Of a DNA stretch of 64,000 bases, positions 13,320 to 26,825 are shown one piece after another; position 1 is the first letter of the stretch; the number at the start of each line of letters is the position of its first letter. The notes below the pieces were generated by a model. That model searched no databases. It had not been told where the DNA came from and saw only the letters and a program-made list of their open reading frames with translations. The translations under genes and the position numbers were made by a program. Source of the stretch: Owenia fusiformis (lineage: Eukaryota); NCBI GenBank assembly GCA_903813345.2, contig CAIIXF020000001.1, positions 7,068,001-7,132,000 of the forward strand, read 5' to 3'.

Positions 13320-16300
13320 ATTATAATGCTTCGAATAATAATCCCAGGTGACCGCTGTTGAATTGTTTTAGCACATTGGGTTTGATTGAAGTCAATATGT
13401 AATAACTCAGATGTGAGTAGGTAGTTACCAGTTTGACCACCAGGTGGCTCGTTCAGGTCAGATAGCATGGTGGGTATACTAGTATTAGAAAGTTCCCTTG
13501 AACTTAAATATTCATCAGTTTTAGTGGTTCAGTTTTCATATCACCCTCATGTATCTAATAGTTATGCAAACTAAAATATGTCCAATAAAAGAAAATATTA
13601 TCTGTCAAATACAAGAAAAGATATTTCACTTTTTGTGATTTTACAACATGGGGTCTATGGGAATCTTCTCGAACTTGAAGTCACATTTTCCAAAAATATT
13701 AAGTTGATAAACAATTTTCGAAACCATTATTAGATGGACTTTTACCAAGGATTTCAAATATGACATCATGTCAACTAAATTTTGAATATTTTATGATGTA
13801 AATCAAGAATATTTCTACTCGCATCTGGTCTATTTGACTTAAATATTTATTTCCACAGATACAGAATTGCTTTACAGTGTCCAGAACTGTTTCTATTGCT
13901 TGATATAATTTATTTTAGATTGTTTTGTAGTTGAAATACTCAATATTTTGTCACAAGAACCATTCTCAAATTCAAATGCTAAACATTTTGTTTTCAGTAC
14001 AATAATACAAATGAACTGCCAAGTATTCAGGCAACCCAAATCCAATGTAATTTAGGCATTGCTTTTTACAATGTCTTTTTAAAAATTGTTTTAATCAATT
14101 TCCCCTGAACCAGGTCCTTATTTTCTAATTACTTTACTCATTTGGTGTCAACTTGAAATCAAATTATACATGTTTATTGAATTAAAAATGTTTTTCATTT
14201 TCTGTTTCAGTAACAAAGATGGAAGAATGTTAACATACATGGCTAAATACACTAAGGACTATTGACATATAATATTATACAGAGAGGATTTACCCTAAAG
14301 GAATTGATAGGAACAAAGTTGATGCCTTTCTTCAGGGACCTATTTCTTCACGGACTGTATGCCTTGCAAGGCCTACACAAAAAATAACTTTTATCTTGAT
14401 GGACAATATTTTACAACCAGAAGCAATCAGTAAAACTGTTAATTGTGAAAAAGAGTCACAGTCATAATTGATAAGAAATACATGTTAGTTTTGTAAATAA
14501 AACAAGTTTTTAAAACAGTATAGCAATATATTAGTACATAGGGAATGGGGTTTCAAGAGTGAGTAGGTAAATGCCATAGGTGTTAACATTCTTGAACTTA
14601 TCATGGTTTTTACTTTATCTTTTCGCTCTTGTACAACCAGCAGAACATAATAAATTCTGTGCTTATTTACTCAAATCTTTGTTTGTTTTCAACAGAGGAT
14701 ATTGCTCTTCGAATAAGATTTAAGCACACACTCAATCGAATGCACTCTTCCAAAAAGAATTTATCTTTGATCTAACCTTCATCCAATCAGGCATGACTAT
14801 AATCAAAATTGACTACCCCATCAGACTTTGAGTCAATGTACTGCCTACAAGAAGCTGACATCCATTTCAAAGTTAATATTCCCATAAAATAGTATGGATT
14901 GAAAAGAACAAAAGATTTGAAGCAATACCACACCTTTCAAGCAAACTGGCAAATGAATGTATATTACTGTTTCACCTGCAAATATTGATAACTCAACTAT
15001 TTATTGGTCATTCACTGAAATGTTATATGTGGAAAAATACAGAGTTGGTTATTTACATCAGAAAATGGTTATTTTCCTCTGGAGCAGAAAATTGGTATTT
15101 TCCAGTAGACCTATTGAGCAGAGTTAAGGCAACTTTAGTACACCTGGCCTTCGTCAAAACATGCTGTTCAGAATGTGAGCTCAAAACACCTGTCAGTGTA
15201 CAGATGTATTATACTGAAATGTTAGAATTAACTTGAAAACCTCTCCAAGATGCTTGTTTGGTTTGTAGAAGGGTGTAATAGGCAAGAGCAAAGAGAACCA
15301 CAGTAGAAAATCATGAAGTACAAAAGTATTATGGTAAAAGTATGATTTCATCAGCTTAATCAAATAACTCTAGTAACCTATAAGATGATCGAAAGGTAGT
15401 ATTTCTGAACGTATACCCAAATAATACCAACCACCAGAACACATACCTACTATGTTCAATAACAAACTAAAATGAAATTGTGTTCAACTAGTTTAGAATT
15501 TAGTGGGATTCTACATCATGGGAGTCACTCCATGAAAACACAGATAGTCATATTGTACATAGTTGTCTACATCAATATGAGGAATACGTTTATAATCCTT
15601 AATAAACTAGCTGATTATGCTTCTATAGCAACTTGGATATTTGGCATATATATCAATATATAAGCTATATATGACTAGCAAAATCAAAATATAATTAACT
15701 GCAGTATGTAGCCTTATTCAATGTGCAAGGATTCCCAGTCATGCAGTCATATAGTTGCTCCTTTATAAATCCAATCAAGACTTATATTAGACAGACTTCC
15801 TGAAGGGAATCAGAAATGTGCTGTCAGGCTTCATGCCACCATGGTAACAAGCGAATTGATGGTTTAAGAGTGAAAATTGACTGATAATTGATTATGCTTG
15901 CATGAACTAAATCTCAGAAACCATAAAAACACTTGTTCACTATCCTTCTACTGTAGTTGCATGCAAGTTGATTTTGCAATTGTGAGAACATTGACATCTG
16001 AAAGAAAGAATGAAAATATATGCCTTTAATACTTGAAGTTGTTTGATATATAAGAATCAAAAGAATCATTCTCTTCTCAACTATTGGATGGGATCTCAAA
16101 TAGGACACTGTTATATATACTGGTCATACAGTCATATTCTTTGATTTTTCATTTCAATCATGGCCATTTTTATTTTCCCACTCCCAAGAAAAATATCATA
16201 CAGATCTTTCCATTCTTTGTTTACATTGTATAATAATTTGAATAGATAGGAGCTAATAAAAATAGAAAAACACAAATTGACATGCCTTGACGTGATACAA

Positions 16301-19300
16301 TTATAAACAAGATGGCTCTTGACATGAAGCTAAACCTTACCCTGGAGACCATGCAATGTTGTCAGATAGATGAGTTCTCAAATTTTTCTTGGCCTCATAT
16401 TGTAATTCCAGTATGAGATGCGACAACATACCAAATGTGATGTACAATGTGGATGCTGATTCAAAATATGGGAGTCACATCAACCTAATAAACTAATTGT
16501 GCCCTACAGTGAATCTTATCTTTCCTTATATCGATTAATTCAAATCCTCTTCGGATGAGTATGTCTTGAGAATTGAAAATCCCTTCAATAATTTTTGATA
16601 TTCTGCTGTCCTACACTTAACAGGGCTAAATCTTAATTGAAACAAATATATATGTTGCATTTTTCTTGAGGATAGACTGTCAATGTTGGATTATAATTTC
16701 TTGACCTGGATCTACATGATGATAATCCAACTTTTTCAAGTAAAGTCCCATTTATTGGATATGCTTTGACAATTGTTTATTTTGTTTTACTAGTTTGATG
16801 ATTGGGTTGACTTGTTCCAGTGTATTTTTAATGTAACATACAATTATTATAAATTAATCATTTGTTTTGCCAAGAAGAAGTCGCTTTTAGAGGATCTTGA
16901 GATTGCAAGTTTGGCATCTTTCGTGAATTTGTGGGTATTGATTTCTTAATTAGTTTACATATTTTGGGGACATATTGTATTGATATTCAATCCCCATCGT
17001 TGGCATCTTTCAATCGTTCATGTGTAAAGATGCTTGTATTATTTCCAGTTGGTAATTCAGTTAATACTGAATGAGATTGAAAATTGACCAGGATCTTAGA
17101 GGGCAAAGCTACACATTAGAATGCCATTTTCCTCACATACTTTGCCAAATCCTCAACACATTTCATTTGAATACTGATGAATGGTTCTGGTGTAAGGTTC
17201 TTTACAGTGCCTCTAAGTACATTAATTTAGATTTGCTCTTAAGTATCTAATGTCTCTCATCCTTAAGTCAATATAGGAATTCAATAGAATTCCCAACTGA
17301 TTTAATAACACCAATAATCGCCGAACTGGCTATTACATACAAGCAGTATTCAGTTCCTAATCCAAGCTGAAGTAATTTTCTGATATGTTATGAATGTTGA
17401 ACAAATGAATGGCTGATTGGATATCAAGCACTTGCTTGCATAATTAATGGTGTCTTGTGTACATTTATGCATTGGTGTTTGACTCAACCAACATTACGTG
17501 TTGTGTCGTCTGATCGCAGTACCAGTCTGTAAAATACATAATTGAACTGAAGGATTACACTGAACATGAGATAGGCTGGAATTTATTTCAGTGCATCATA
17601 CATCATACAAGTAGCAATGTTATATTAACTACTAATATTGGACTAGGTATATAGGTATAGGATAAGGTTGATATTAAAATACACCTCTTCAACCCACTCA
17701 TTGTGTCACATATTATTATACTATGAATGCAACGTTCTATTTGCCTTGAACTGTCATTTTGGTAGCCATCTTAATCTTCTTACGATTTCCCTTGGGAGAT
17801 TTCAGTTAATGAATTCTCAATGGTTGAATGAAATGTGACAGGATTCTCTTTATGCATATGTGGATTCAATGTTGCCATACTGAAGACCAAATTAAGCTTC
17901 AATTAGATAGTACATTACCAGCTCTTGAATAAGAAAATGAACTAGAAGAAGACTTAACACCGAAAACCTGTCTCATGAACATACGACGTAATTAGTGTCT
18001 GTCTGAAGTTTGAGAAGTTCTCTGGGCAATTGGGTTAACGGATGGAAATCTAATATACATTGCTTCCTGCGAATCATTGCTTTATTGTTGAACAGAAATC
18101 TCCAATTAAAGAAAGTAAGAGACATGTTTTGATAACATCTCGCTGATTCCAAGAGATGTGCTGGTGAGTCTGCTCATGTAATGTCACTTCGCTCATGTTG
18201 GTTGCCGGGTTTGTTGAAACCCTCCAAATAAAAGAATGCAATTTTACTCAAATACAACTACCTAAAGTAGTTGTTCCGCCATTTTTATACCAGCAAACAT
18301 ATTCTCCATGCTTGAGAATTGAGATACAATTGGCTTTTTCATTTAGGATATTTTATAGGGCGATTGTAACATGATGTTTTTAATATCTTAGTACCATTTT
18401 TAGTATTGGTTCTTTTGGAGTGATGTGGCTGTGTTGGAGGTTGTTTTTCTTAAGGTTTCTAGTGTCACGGTGTTCTGGTTGCAATATTAGGTATTGACCC
18501 TGTTTTGTATCACATTTGCTTTAACATTTAAGATTCCAGCATAAAACACCAGATACCTAATCAGTGTCATCCAGTGTGCTTTCTGATATTGCATAATATG
18601 CAATCATTACCCTCACTGACTTCTTGTAAATTAAGATGTTCTGTAAACTGACCAATGTTTTTTGTTTATTTTCAGATGTTTACATACACATAAAGCAACC
18701 AATTATAACTGATGCATCCCCGCCTATTCTATCTTAAACTTTTAAAAATATACGATAAAGCCATCTCAATTTTCTACTTACCTATACCAATTCATTGTTT
18801 CTTTAATTACATTTATATTTCATGTATCTTATACCTTAGTAACATTATGTGAAATTATATACTAGTAAATTAGCAATTACCAGCAATTAGAATTTAGAAA
18901 ACTGTGTATATATGTAGCGATTGAGGCAAGGTTACTTATTGAATATAATTTAAATTGTTTCTAAGATCCATGAGAGAATCTTTCAATACAACAATGAATA
19001 ATGAGTACTTTGAACACCTACATTGCTTTCGATTTTTCTATGCTCCCTTTGTAATTATCACTAGAAAAAGCCCAATTGGCAATATTTAACGGAAAGAGAG
19101 AGAAAACTATTCATGCCAGTCACTTTGGTTAGTGATGTGGTGCATATAGAATGAGTTAGAAATCAAATGGTAAATCACTAAAAGACGACAGGCGTCTCTT
19201 AATAAGACTCATATTTGACTATACAGGGGCTTCGCAATTTGACTATATCGTTCTATCAAATTCAAATCAAAGTCACACTATTAATCGATTTTGGAAGTCA

Positions 19301-21914
19301 ATTGCCGTATTTTGCAAGCTTATCTTAAGTTTTTCATTCTTATGCTAATCAAATCCTAATTAGCAACATCATAATACTGTGTCAGGTAACTTTAATGGGT
19401 TATTCCTCAATTCCGTGTAGATTCTGCTCTAATTAAATTAATTTCAATTTTCTCCCTGTCTCCTTGTGATTTTCATATTATTTTCACATTTAGAGGTATG
19501 GCCGTTTTCATTCATGTGCTGCATTTTCGAGGCCACCCTGTGCATAAGAATATTGAAGGTATTTAGAGAAGATTGCAGATGTTTTGCCCCTAATATTGTA
19601 CATATTTTCTTCTACATGTAGTTTGTTGTTTTTCATATTTCGAGTAAAGTGAAAACAAAATTGTGATTTTAGAATGATCAATTCATTAATTATAAAAAGA
19701 TTGAATAGGATGTCCTAGAATAAGCACTCATAATCGATTTTAGAAGTGTGAAGAACCAAATTACATGTTCTTCCTTCTTCAAGGCGTTCACGGACGTCGT
19801 TACGACTTCAACATGATTTATCACGACATCCTTTTTAATGTTGAGTAAAGCAAATGGCGTCTTGAGATTATTTTAAAATATTGCACAACAGATATATTCG
19901 ATGGCGTAGAGGAATGCCACTACATCTCGTCTCGACGCAGCCTCTTAATCAGTCAAAAACATGGCACTATAATTAATGATTAAATTCTTTTGATGGATTA
20001 ACTGCTCTGGTATTATTCATGATTTACTTATCCTTGGAGGATAGAAGATATATTTTACTTTAATGCCAGCTTAATCCAGGGATGTCCCAAACCTAACCAT
20101 GTTGTAGTGTAATAGATCAATGGATGGGTCATGGCGCGGATGGCGTGGCAAACGTGCGGTAATGGGGATGTACGATCTGGTTTTAGGCCCTATTACGGTG
20201 TAATACCAAAACGCTGATACATTCACCCGGCAGTCTGACTCGGGAGCGTTTCAAAGGCTTCGGGGCTTAATAAAATGGCGGTCTCAAATCATACGATGAC
20301 GACCGTATGTATTCCCAAGAGCGGGATGGATATATTATATCTGCCCGCATTTGGCCTGGAGCAATATACAATATATCCTGCCCGCTCCTCAGATATATAT
20401 CCCCGGGTGATATCTACCCCAAACCCACTCAAGTATGAGATACACTTTTTTGCGTATGAGAAGGTCATCATTTTAGACCATGTTTTGGGCATTCAGATCA
20501 CAATTTCGGTCATAGTTTTGCCTGTATAGCCTATTATAAAATTAATATAATTGCGTTTTGGTTGTACACCGTGGTTATGTTCCAAAAATACATGATCCAT
20601 AGTAAGAATAAATATTATTTTTATCTTCACAGCTTCCAGGATTAAGGCATGATCAGAGCTTTAACCCGCTATATCTTCATTAAATGATAAAACATAATAT
20701 TTGATCATTTAGCGAGATATGATAACCTAATAACGCCATCAAATACAACATTTGACCTTATCTCTGATACAGAACATGCTGAGTCGTAGACGTCAATAAA
20801 ATACTTGTATTTTCATTGATGAGGCACTACGCATCTCACATTCATCAAACAACCGCCTTTATAATGATGGGTCTATCAATGCATAGATGAGATAAAAACT
20901 TGGGACATCAAGCCAGGACTAAACTGCTTACAGTAAAAGTTCCCAAAATTTGAATAAGCGAAAACATTTAGCTTTTCCTAATGTCTTTAGAAAATATAAA
21001 TTAAAAACGGAGAATTACCAAAGGTAATTAAGATTTGTATATTTTGAAAACTGAGAAAATCTGAACCACCTCTGTCTAATTCATCTTTTCTTGTCTTCGC
21101 GGTATTTCTCCTTTGTTTTTCCAAAGAAAGGTAGGCCTAACAAGGGTACAGTGTGACCCAGCCCGCTCCAAGGTTTACCATGATCAACTGATGGAGAGTT
21201 AGAACACAAAATGAATTATTTGGGGAACTGGAGATGTAACATTTGGGGAACTGGAGATGTAACAAGTGCTGGTTCGTGAACTTTGTTTACATTCTATATC
21301 TAACCAATATCTAACATTGCACCAGGTGCGGTTTAACAACCAGGTCATCAGTTCTCCTGTTGCCATGTTTGTATTATATCCAAGAGATGGGGTATGTAAC
21401 TACGCCACATGCTGTACATTTTTTCATAACTCAAAAGCACTGTTAACTTCTGGATCCGCCAGTGAAACCCGTCAAATGGCTATTGTTCCCTAATGGGGAA
21501 ATTACAGTATGCTGATCGGCCGTTTTTCGACCCATGATTTTAGACATCAGTGTAATACTGTATATTGCGATCTCTAAAATTGGTGGGAAAATTGGTGCCG
21601 AGTCTTGCTCCAAGACCCTGGACTATCTACTTTAATAACTATGTTGTTTAGATAGAGAGCCAGGTCTACAGTCTTGAAGCAAGACTATTGGGCAATATAA
21701 TACTGTTGTGAAAATACATTTGATTTTCTCTGTAGTTATTCAGTTTAGCCACATATTCCTGAGTATTAATTGTTTCACTTAGAAAGTGTTGCTGGTGGTT
21801 ATGAAGTAGTTTATTGTGGGCCCTCAACACAATACTGAATATAATAGCCATGAATATTGATGATTTTTAGAGGCGACTTGATATTTCGTCGTCTATATAA
21901 CTGCAAAATGTCCG

Positions 21915-24091
21915 ATACCTCTTAATCATTGATAGGTAAATGTATTTACAAACAGTTTTCGACTCATACCTCCTAATCATCGATTGCTGTATTTGTAACC
22001 AGTTGTTGACTTATACCTCTTAATCATTGATTGCTGAAAGTATTTGTACCAAGCTATTTGCCTATACCTCTTAATCATTGATTACTAAATGTATTTGTAA
22101 CAAGCTATTGACCTAATCCTCTTAATCATTGATTGCTGAAAGCATTTGTAACATGCTATTGGCCTAAACCTGTTAATCATTGATTGCTGAAAGTATTTGT
22201 AACCAGATATTGATCCATACCTCTTAATCATTGATTGCTGAAAGTATTTGTAACAAGCTATTGACCTATACCTCTTAATCATTGATTGCTGAAAGCATTT
22301 GTAACATGCTATTGGCCTAAACCTCTTAATCATTGATTGCTGAAAGTATTTGTAACAAGCTATTGGCCTATACCTCTTAATCATTGATTGCTAAATGTAT
22401 TTGTAACAAGCTTTTGGTCTATACCTCTTAATCATTGATTGCTGGAAGTATTTGTAACAAGCTATTGACCTATACCTCTTAATCATTGATTACTAAATGT
22501 ATTTGGAACAAGCTATTGACCTATACCTCTTAATCATTGATTGCTGAAAGCATTTGTAACAAGCTTTTGGTGTTTACCTCTTAATCATTGGTTACTAAAT
22601 GTATTTGTAACAAGTTATTCACTCAAACATGTACCTCTTAATCATTGATTGCTGAAAGTATTTGTAACAAGCTATTGGCCTATACCTCTTAATCATTGAT
22701 TGCTAAATGTATTTGTAACAAGCTTTTGGTCTATACCTCTTAATCATTGGTTGCTGGAAGTATTTGTAACAAGCTATTGACCTATACCTCTTAATCATTG
22801 ATTGCTGGAAGTATTTGTAACAATCTATTGACCTATACCTCTTAATCATTGATTGCTAAATGTATTTGGAACAAGCTATTGACCTAATCCTCTTAATCAT
22901 TGATTGCTGAAAGTATTTGTCACAAGCTATTGACCTATACCTCTTAATCATTGATTGCTGGAAGTATTTGTAACAATCTATTGACCTATACCTCTTAATC
23001 ATTGATTGCTAAATGCATTTGTAACAAGGTATCGACTCATACCTCCTACATTGATTGTTAAAATTTGTTATTGACCAAAAACTCGTAATCATTGATTGAT
23101 GAATGCATTTACAACCAGCTATTGACCAATACCTCTTAATCATTCATAGGTAAATGTATTTATAAACATTTATAGACTCATATCTCCTAATCATTGATTG
23201 CTAAATGTATTTGTAACAAGTTATTGACTCATACATGTACCTCTTGCTGAAAGTATTTGTAACCAGATATTGATCCATACCTCTTAATCATTGATTGCTA
23301 AATGTATTTGTAACACGTCATTGGTCCATACCTTCCAATCATTGATTGCTGAAAGTATTTGTAACCAGTTATTTTGCCAAACCTCTCAATTATTGCTTGC
23401 TAAATGTATTTGAAACCAATTGTTGACCCATACCTTTCAATCATTGATTGCTAAATGTATTTGTAACCAATTGTTGACCCATACCGTTCTATCATTGATT
23501 GCAAAATGTATTTGTAACCAATTGTTGACTCATACCTTTCAATCATTGATTGATAAATGTATAAGTAATCAGTTGTTGACCAATACATTTCAATCGTTGA
23601 TTGCAAAATGTAATTGTAACCAATTGTTGACCCATACCTTTCAATCATTGATTGCAAAATATATTTGTAACCAATTGTTGACCCATACCTTTCAATCATT
23701 GATTACTTAATGTATTTGTAACTAGTTGTTGACCCATACCTTTCAATTATTGATTGCAAAATGTATTTGTAATCAATTGTTGACCCATACCTTTCAATCA
23801 TTGATTTACAAAATGTATTTGTAACCAATTGTTGACCCATACCTTTCAATCATTGATTGCTAGATGTATTTGTAACGAATTGTTGACCCATACCTTTCAA
23901 TCATTGATTGCTAAATGTATTTGAAACCAATTGTTGACCCATACCTTTCAATCATTGATTGATAAATGTATTTGTAACCAATTGTTGACCCATACCTTTC
24001 AATCATTGATTGCAAAATGTAATTGTAACCAATTGTTGACCCATACCTTTTAATTATTGATTGCTGAATGTATTTGCAACCAGCTATTGAC
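21915..24091. repeat. ~50-51-bp minisatellite array (~40 copies), two sequence subtypes
   Basis: The unit atacctcttaatcattgattgctgaaagtatttgtaacaagctattgacct grades into atacctttcaatcattgattgcaaaatgtatttgtaaccaattgttgaccc after ~23400. This explains the 17-aa periodic ORFs. Confidence 0.95.
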
Positions 24092-24337
24092 CCGTTGACA
24101 TGCGCATTAAGTGATTGATTACTGGATGTAAGAATCTCATATCTGATTTCAACTTTTTTCTCATAGGAATATAATTTTGTTTTGTACCGATGTCACGCTG
24201 ACAATATTATCATACAAGGGCCCTCTGCGGCAGTACATGTAAATCTTATGAAGAAGTTCTGATCAATACAAGGCGGCACTTCAAGAAGTCGTTTAACATA
24301 TTAATATACGATTAACATACAAGTTAAGTAAGGTACA

Positions 24338-24583
24338 ATATGAGCCTGGCCGGACTTATCACAAAAATTAAAATTGTGCTACAGAGCAAAAACGTGCTCA
24401 AGATTAAGAGGAAAATGTGCTAAATTCAAATCTGTCTTTTGGTCTATATCTGCAAGAAAAAAATGGTAAGACATAAGCCATGTATCATTTGAAAGGTCTC
24501 TTTGTGCTTTTTAAGATAAACAAAAAATCAAAATATTGAAAAAATCTGTGATAAGACCCCTTTTCCTGTGGCCTGGCTCATAT
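24338..24583. mobile_element. Small MITE with ATATGAGCC(T/A)GGCC TIRs
   Basis: atatgagcctggcc at 24338 and ggcctggctcatat ending 24583, with inner cttatcaca/tgtgataag symmetry. The TSD is unclear. Confidence 0.6.
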
Positions 24584-25830
24584 AGTGTTTTTTAGAATTG
24601 TAACGTGTACAATAAATGAAGAGTTGTAAATATGAATATGGCATCACATTCCTCATCTTAGAGTGTCAGCCAGTTGTTCATGTTAAGAAGATTCACACTA
24701 CTACATGTACATCCCTTTATATCTTCCACATGGTCTAAGCCTCTTACATTCAGGTGCTTAACTTGAACTTTACAAACATATGCATAGAGACAGATGGGAA
24801 AAACAAATCAATCGATAACTCTGCAAATGTGTTTTTAGCAGTCAATAGTTTGAGAAGTACAATTACCATCTTATTAAAGAATATATAACGAACTAGTTTT
24901 GGATGAGACAATTAAATGTACGGTATGGTCATTTGACACAATTTGGGCAAAGAAATTTAAATTTTACCAATTTCAGCGACAATTACTGTCTACCCGAAAT
25001 CATTAATTTTTAATTAAGCGTTTCACCCACAACATTCCGTTTCTTCATCTAACGTGTATGATGGTAAGATGACTATGTCTTCGCCCCATATTATTTCACA
25101 AGTATATTACAAGTTCTGTTTCAATAGTACAGTTCGAAAACGATGAAGAGTATCTTTACATGTATCTTACACATCATTTTCCAGATCTTTTTGTATGATA
25201 TTCAAATAAAAATAATCGAAAGGTGTTGACTAAATAAGCCGATAAGGCTTATCAAAAGCTGACACATGTACAAGGATTACCTACATGTATGTATCAGTAA
25301 TACGTATATCATACTTATATATGGGTAATACGTCTGTGTGAGGTAAGGTAATATGCAGCTAGTGTTCCTTGTGGAATACCAGGTCTATGAGCAAGAGTAC
25401 ATCAGCAGAAAGGTAGCAACGCAAAACCATATTGCTAATAATATCGGGGCTGTTTCTGAATAGATTAGCTCTTGCCATATGTTTATCTGCTGTGTAATAC
25501 TGCGATGTGCTCAAAGGGGAAATCTAATGAAGCCTAATGAGCTGATATCTGTGTTCTTTTTCTCAATAATTCTTCTAGCATAGAATATTAATTCCTATTG
25601 ATCGGTTGTATGAAAAATGTAACCACATGGGAGATAGGTTGACGTTTACGCAATTTACATTGTTAAGATGAAATGCGCTCAGCCAAGACACCTTACCGCC
25701 TTAATCTCAAGGGAGGTTTATCGAGGTGTTTACATGGAAGAAGGTAAAATACACATTCTATATTAAGTTCAAGATGGAGATATCTTAACTCAGTGTAAAT
25801 ATTTACAGTTAAACATGTTTTCTAACTTAC

Positions 25831-26661
25831 CCGTGCTGCTCTAGATGTTTGGGGCTTCTCAAGAAGGTCCCAAATTTGACTGCGCCATTTCGCAAAATAG
25901 CCATCTCCAAAGTTCTCCTCCTCACGCTCCCTGAGACTCTCTGCCTCCTTGCGCATCTCTTCATAAACATGCTCCTTTTTGGTGTGGTACTTGTGTTGAC
26001 AGCATGACTCTAGGTACAGCTCGTCTATGCCCCAGTAGTCCAGGTCGTCACTGAATGACAACACACACATATCCTCAATCAGGTGGAGTTTACCTGTACG
26101 GTAAAAGTTCAACACCGAAGCAAACGAGCGGGGGTGGCGATCAAAGAAATATTCATTGTCCACAAGGTTATAATCGTCACATAGCTCCATAATTGACTCG
26201 TGAGAGTTACATTCACGCAACATACCCAGTCGAGTATGAGGCATTACATCCAATGTTCTCCACATCACCTCGTGCTTCACGCCCCCGACATTCAGTATCA
26301 CCCTTTTGTTACATTGTCTGTTCCGTACGATGGTTTGAGGGTCCGGGATCGTCGACTGCATCTTGTGCGATGGGGGAGGCATTTGTTTATTGGTATGCTG
26401 TAAATTGCCAGCCTCGTCGGCACTTCCCATATTACCCGATGCTAATACATCGCTGCCTGTAGAACAACTGCCTATTTTTACTTCTGGTTTATTGGCTTCT
26501 CGTTCTCGCAGTCTTTTATTAATTGCAGCTCGCTCACTGCCAATTTCTCCGGGGGCCGTGTCATGGCGTCTAAAGTGGCGGGGGTGGCTTGTATGACCCA
26601 GGGTGGCACTTGTGATGGGGGTGCCGTCTCGACCTTGGCCTGAGCTTGAATACACAAACAT
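25831..26661 (-). CDS. Shab: Voltage-gated K+ channel Kv2/Shab (KCNB) family, first coding exon (N-terminus + T1/BTB tetramerisation domain + pre-S1)
   Basis: The translation contains RVILNVGG...TRLG...CDDY...[11 protein letters not shown]...[10 protein letters not shown]...[17 protein letters not shown]...WDLLEKP, with the Kv2 CDD motif and HX5CX20CC Zn motif. An in-frame TAG lies just upstream of ATG 26661. The exon ends ...SRAAR|GTAAGT (canonical phase-0 donor, 25830-25825). No S1-S6 exons were found in the window. Confidence 0.96.
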
Positions 26662-26806
26662 AACGATCTAGGTGTAGAGGTTGATAAACTGGTACACACA
26701 GCTTGCGGAACAGGGGGTGTGATCACTTGGCCATGCACCACACCTTGACATGCACAAAGTGACCGCGGACTCGCAAAATAACCAGGCTTTGTGATGTTAA
26801 CTGTAC

Positions 26807-26825
26807 CTAGAGAGGGAAAGGACAA
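26807..26825 (-). promoter_or_regulatory. 3' splice acceptor of the Shab ATG-containing exon (implies upstream non-coding exon/s)
   Basis: The minus strand reads tgtcctttccctctctAG|gtacag after a T-rich tract, 145 nt upstream of the ATG. Confidence 0.7.
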
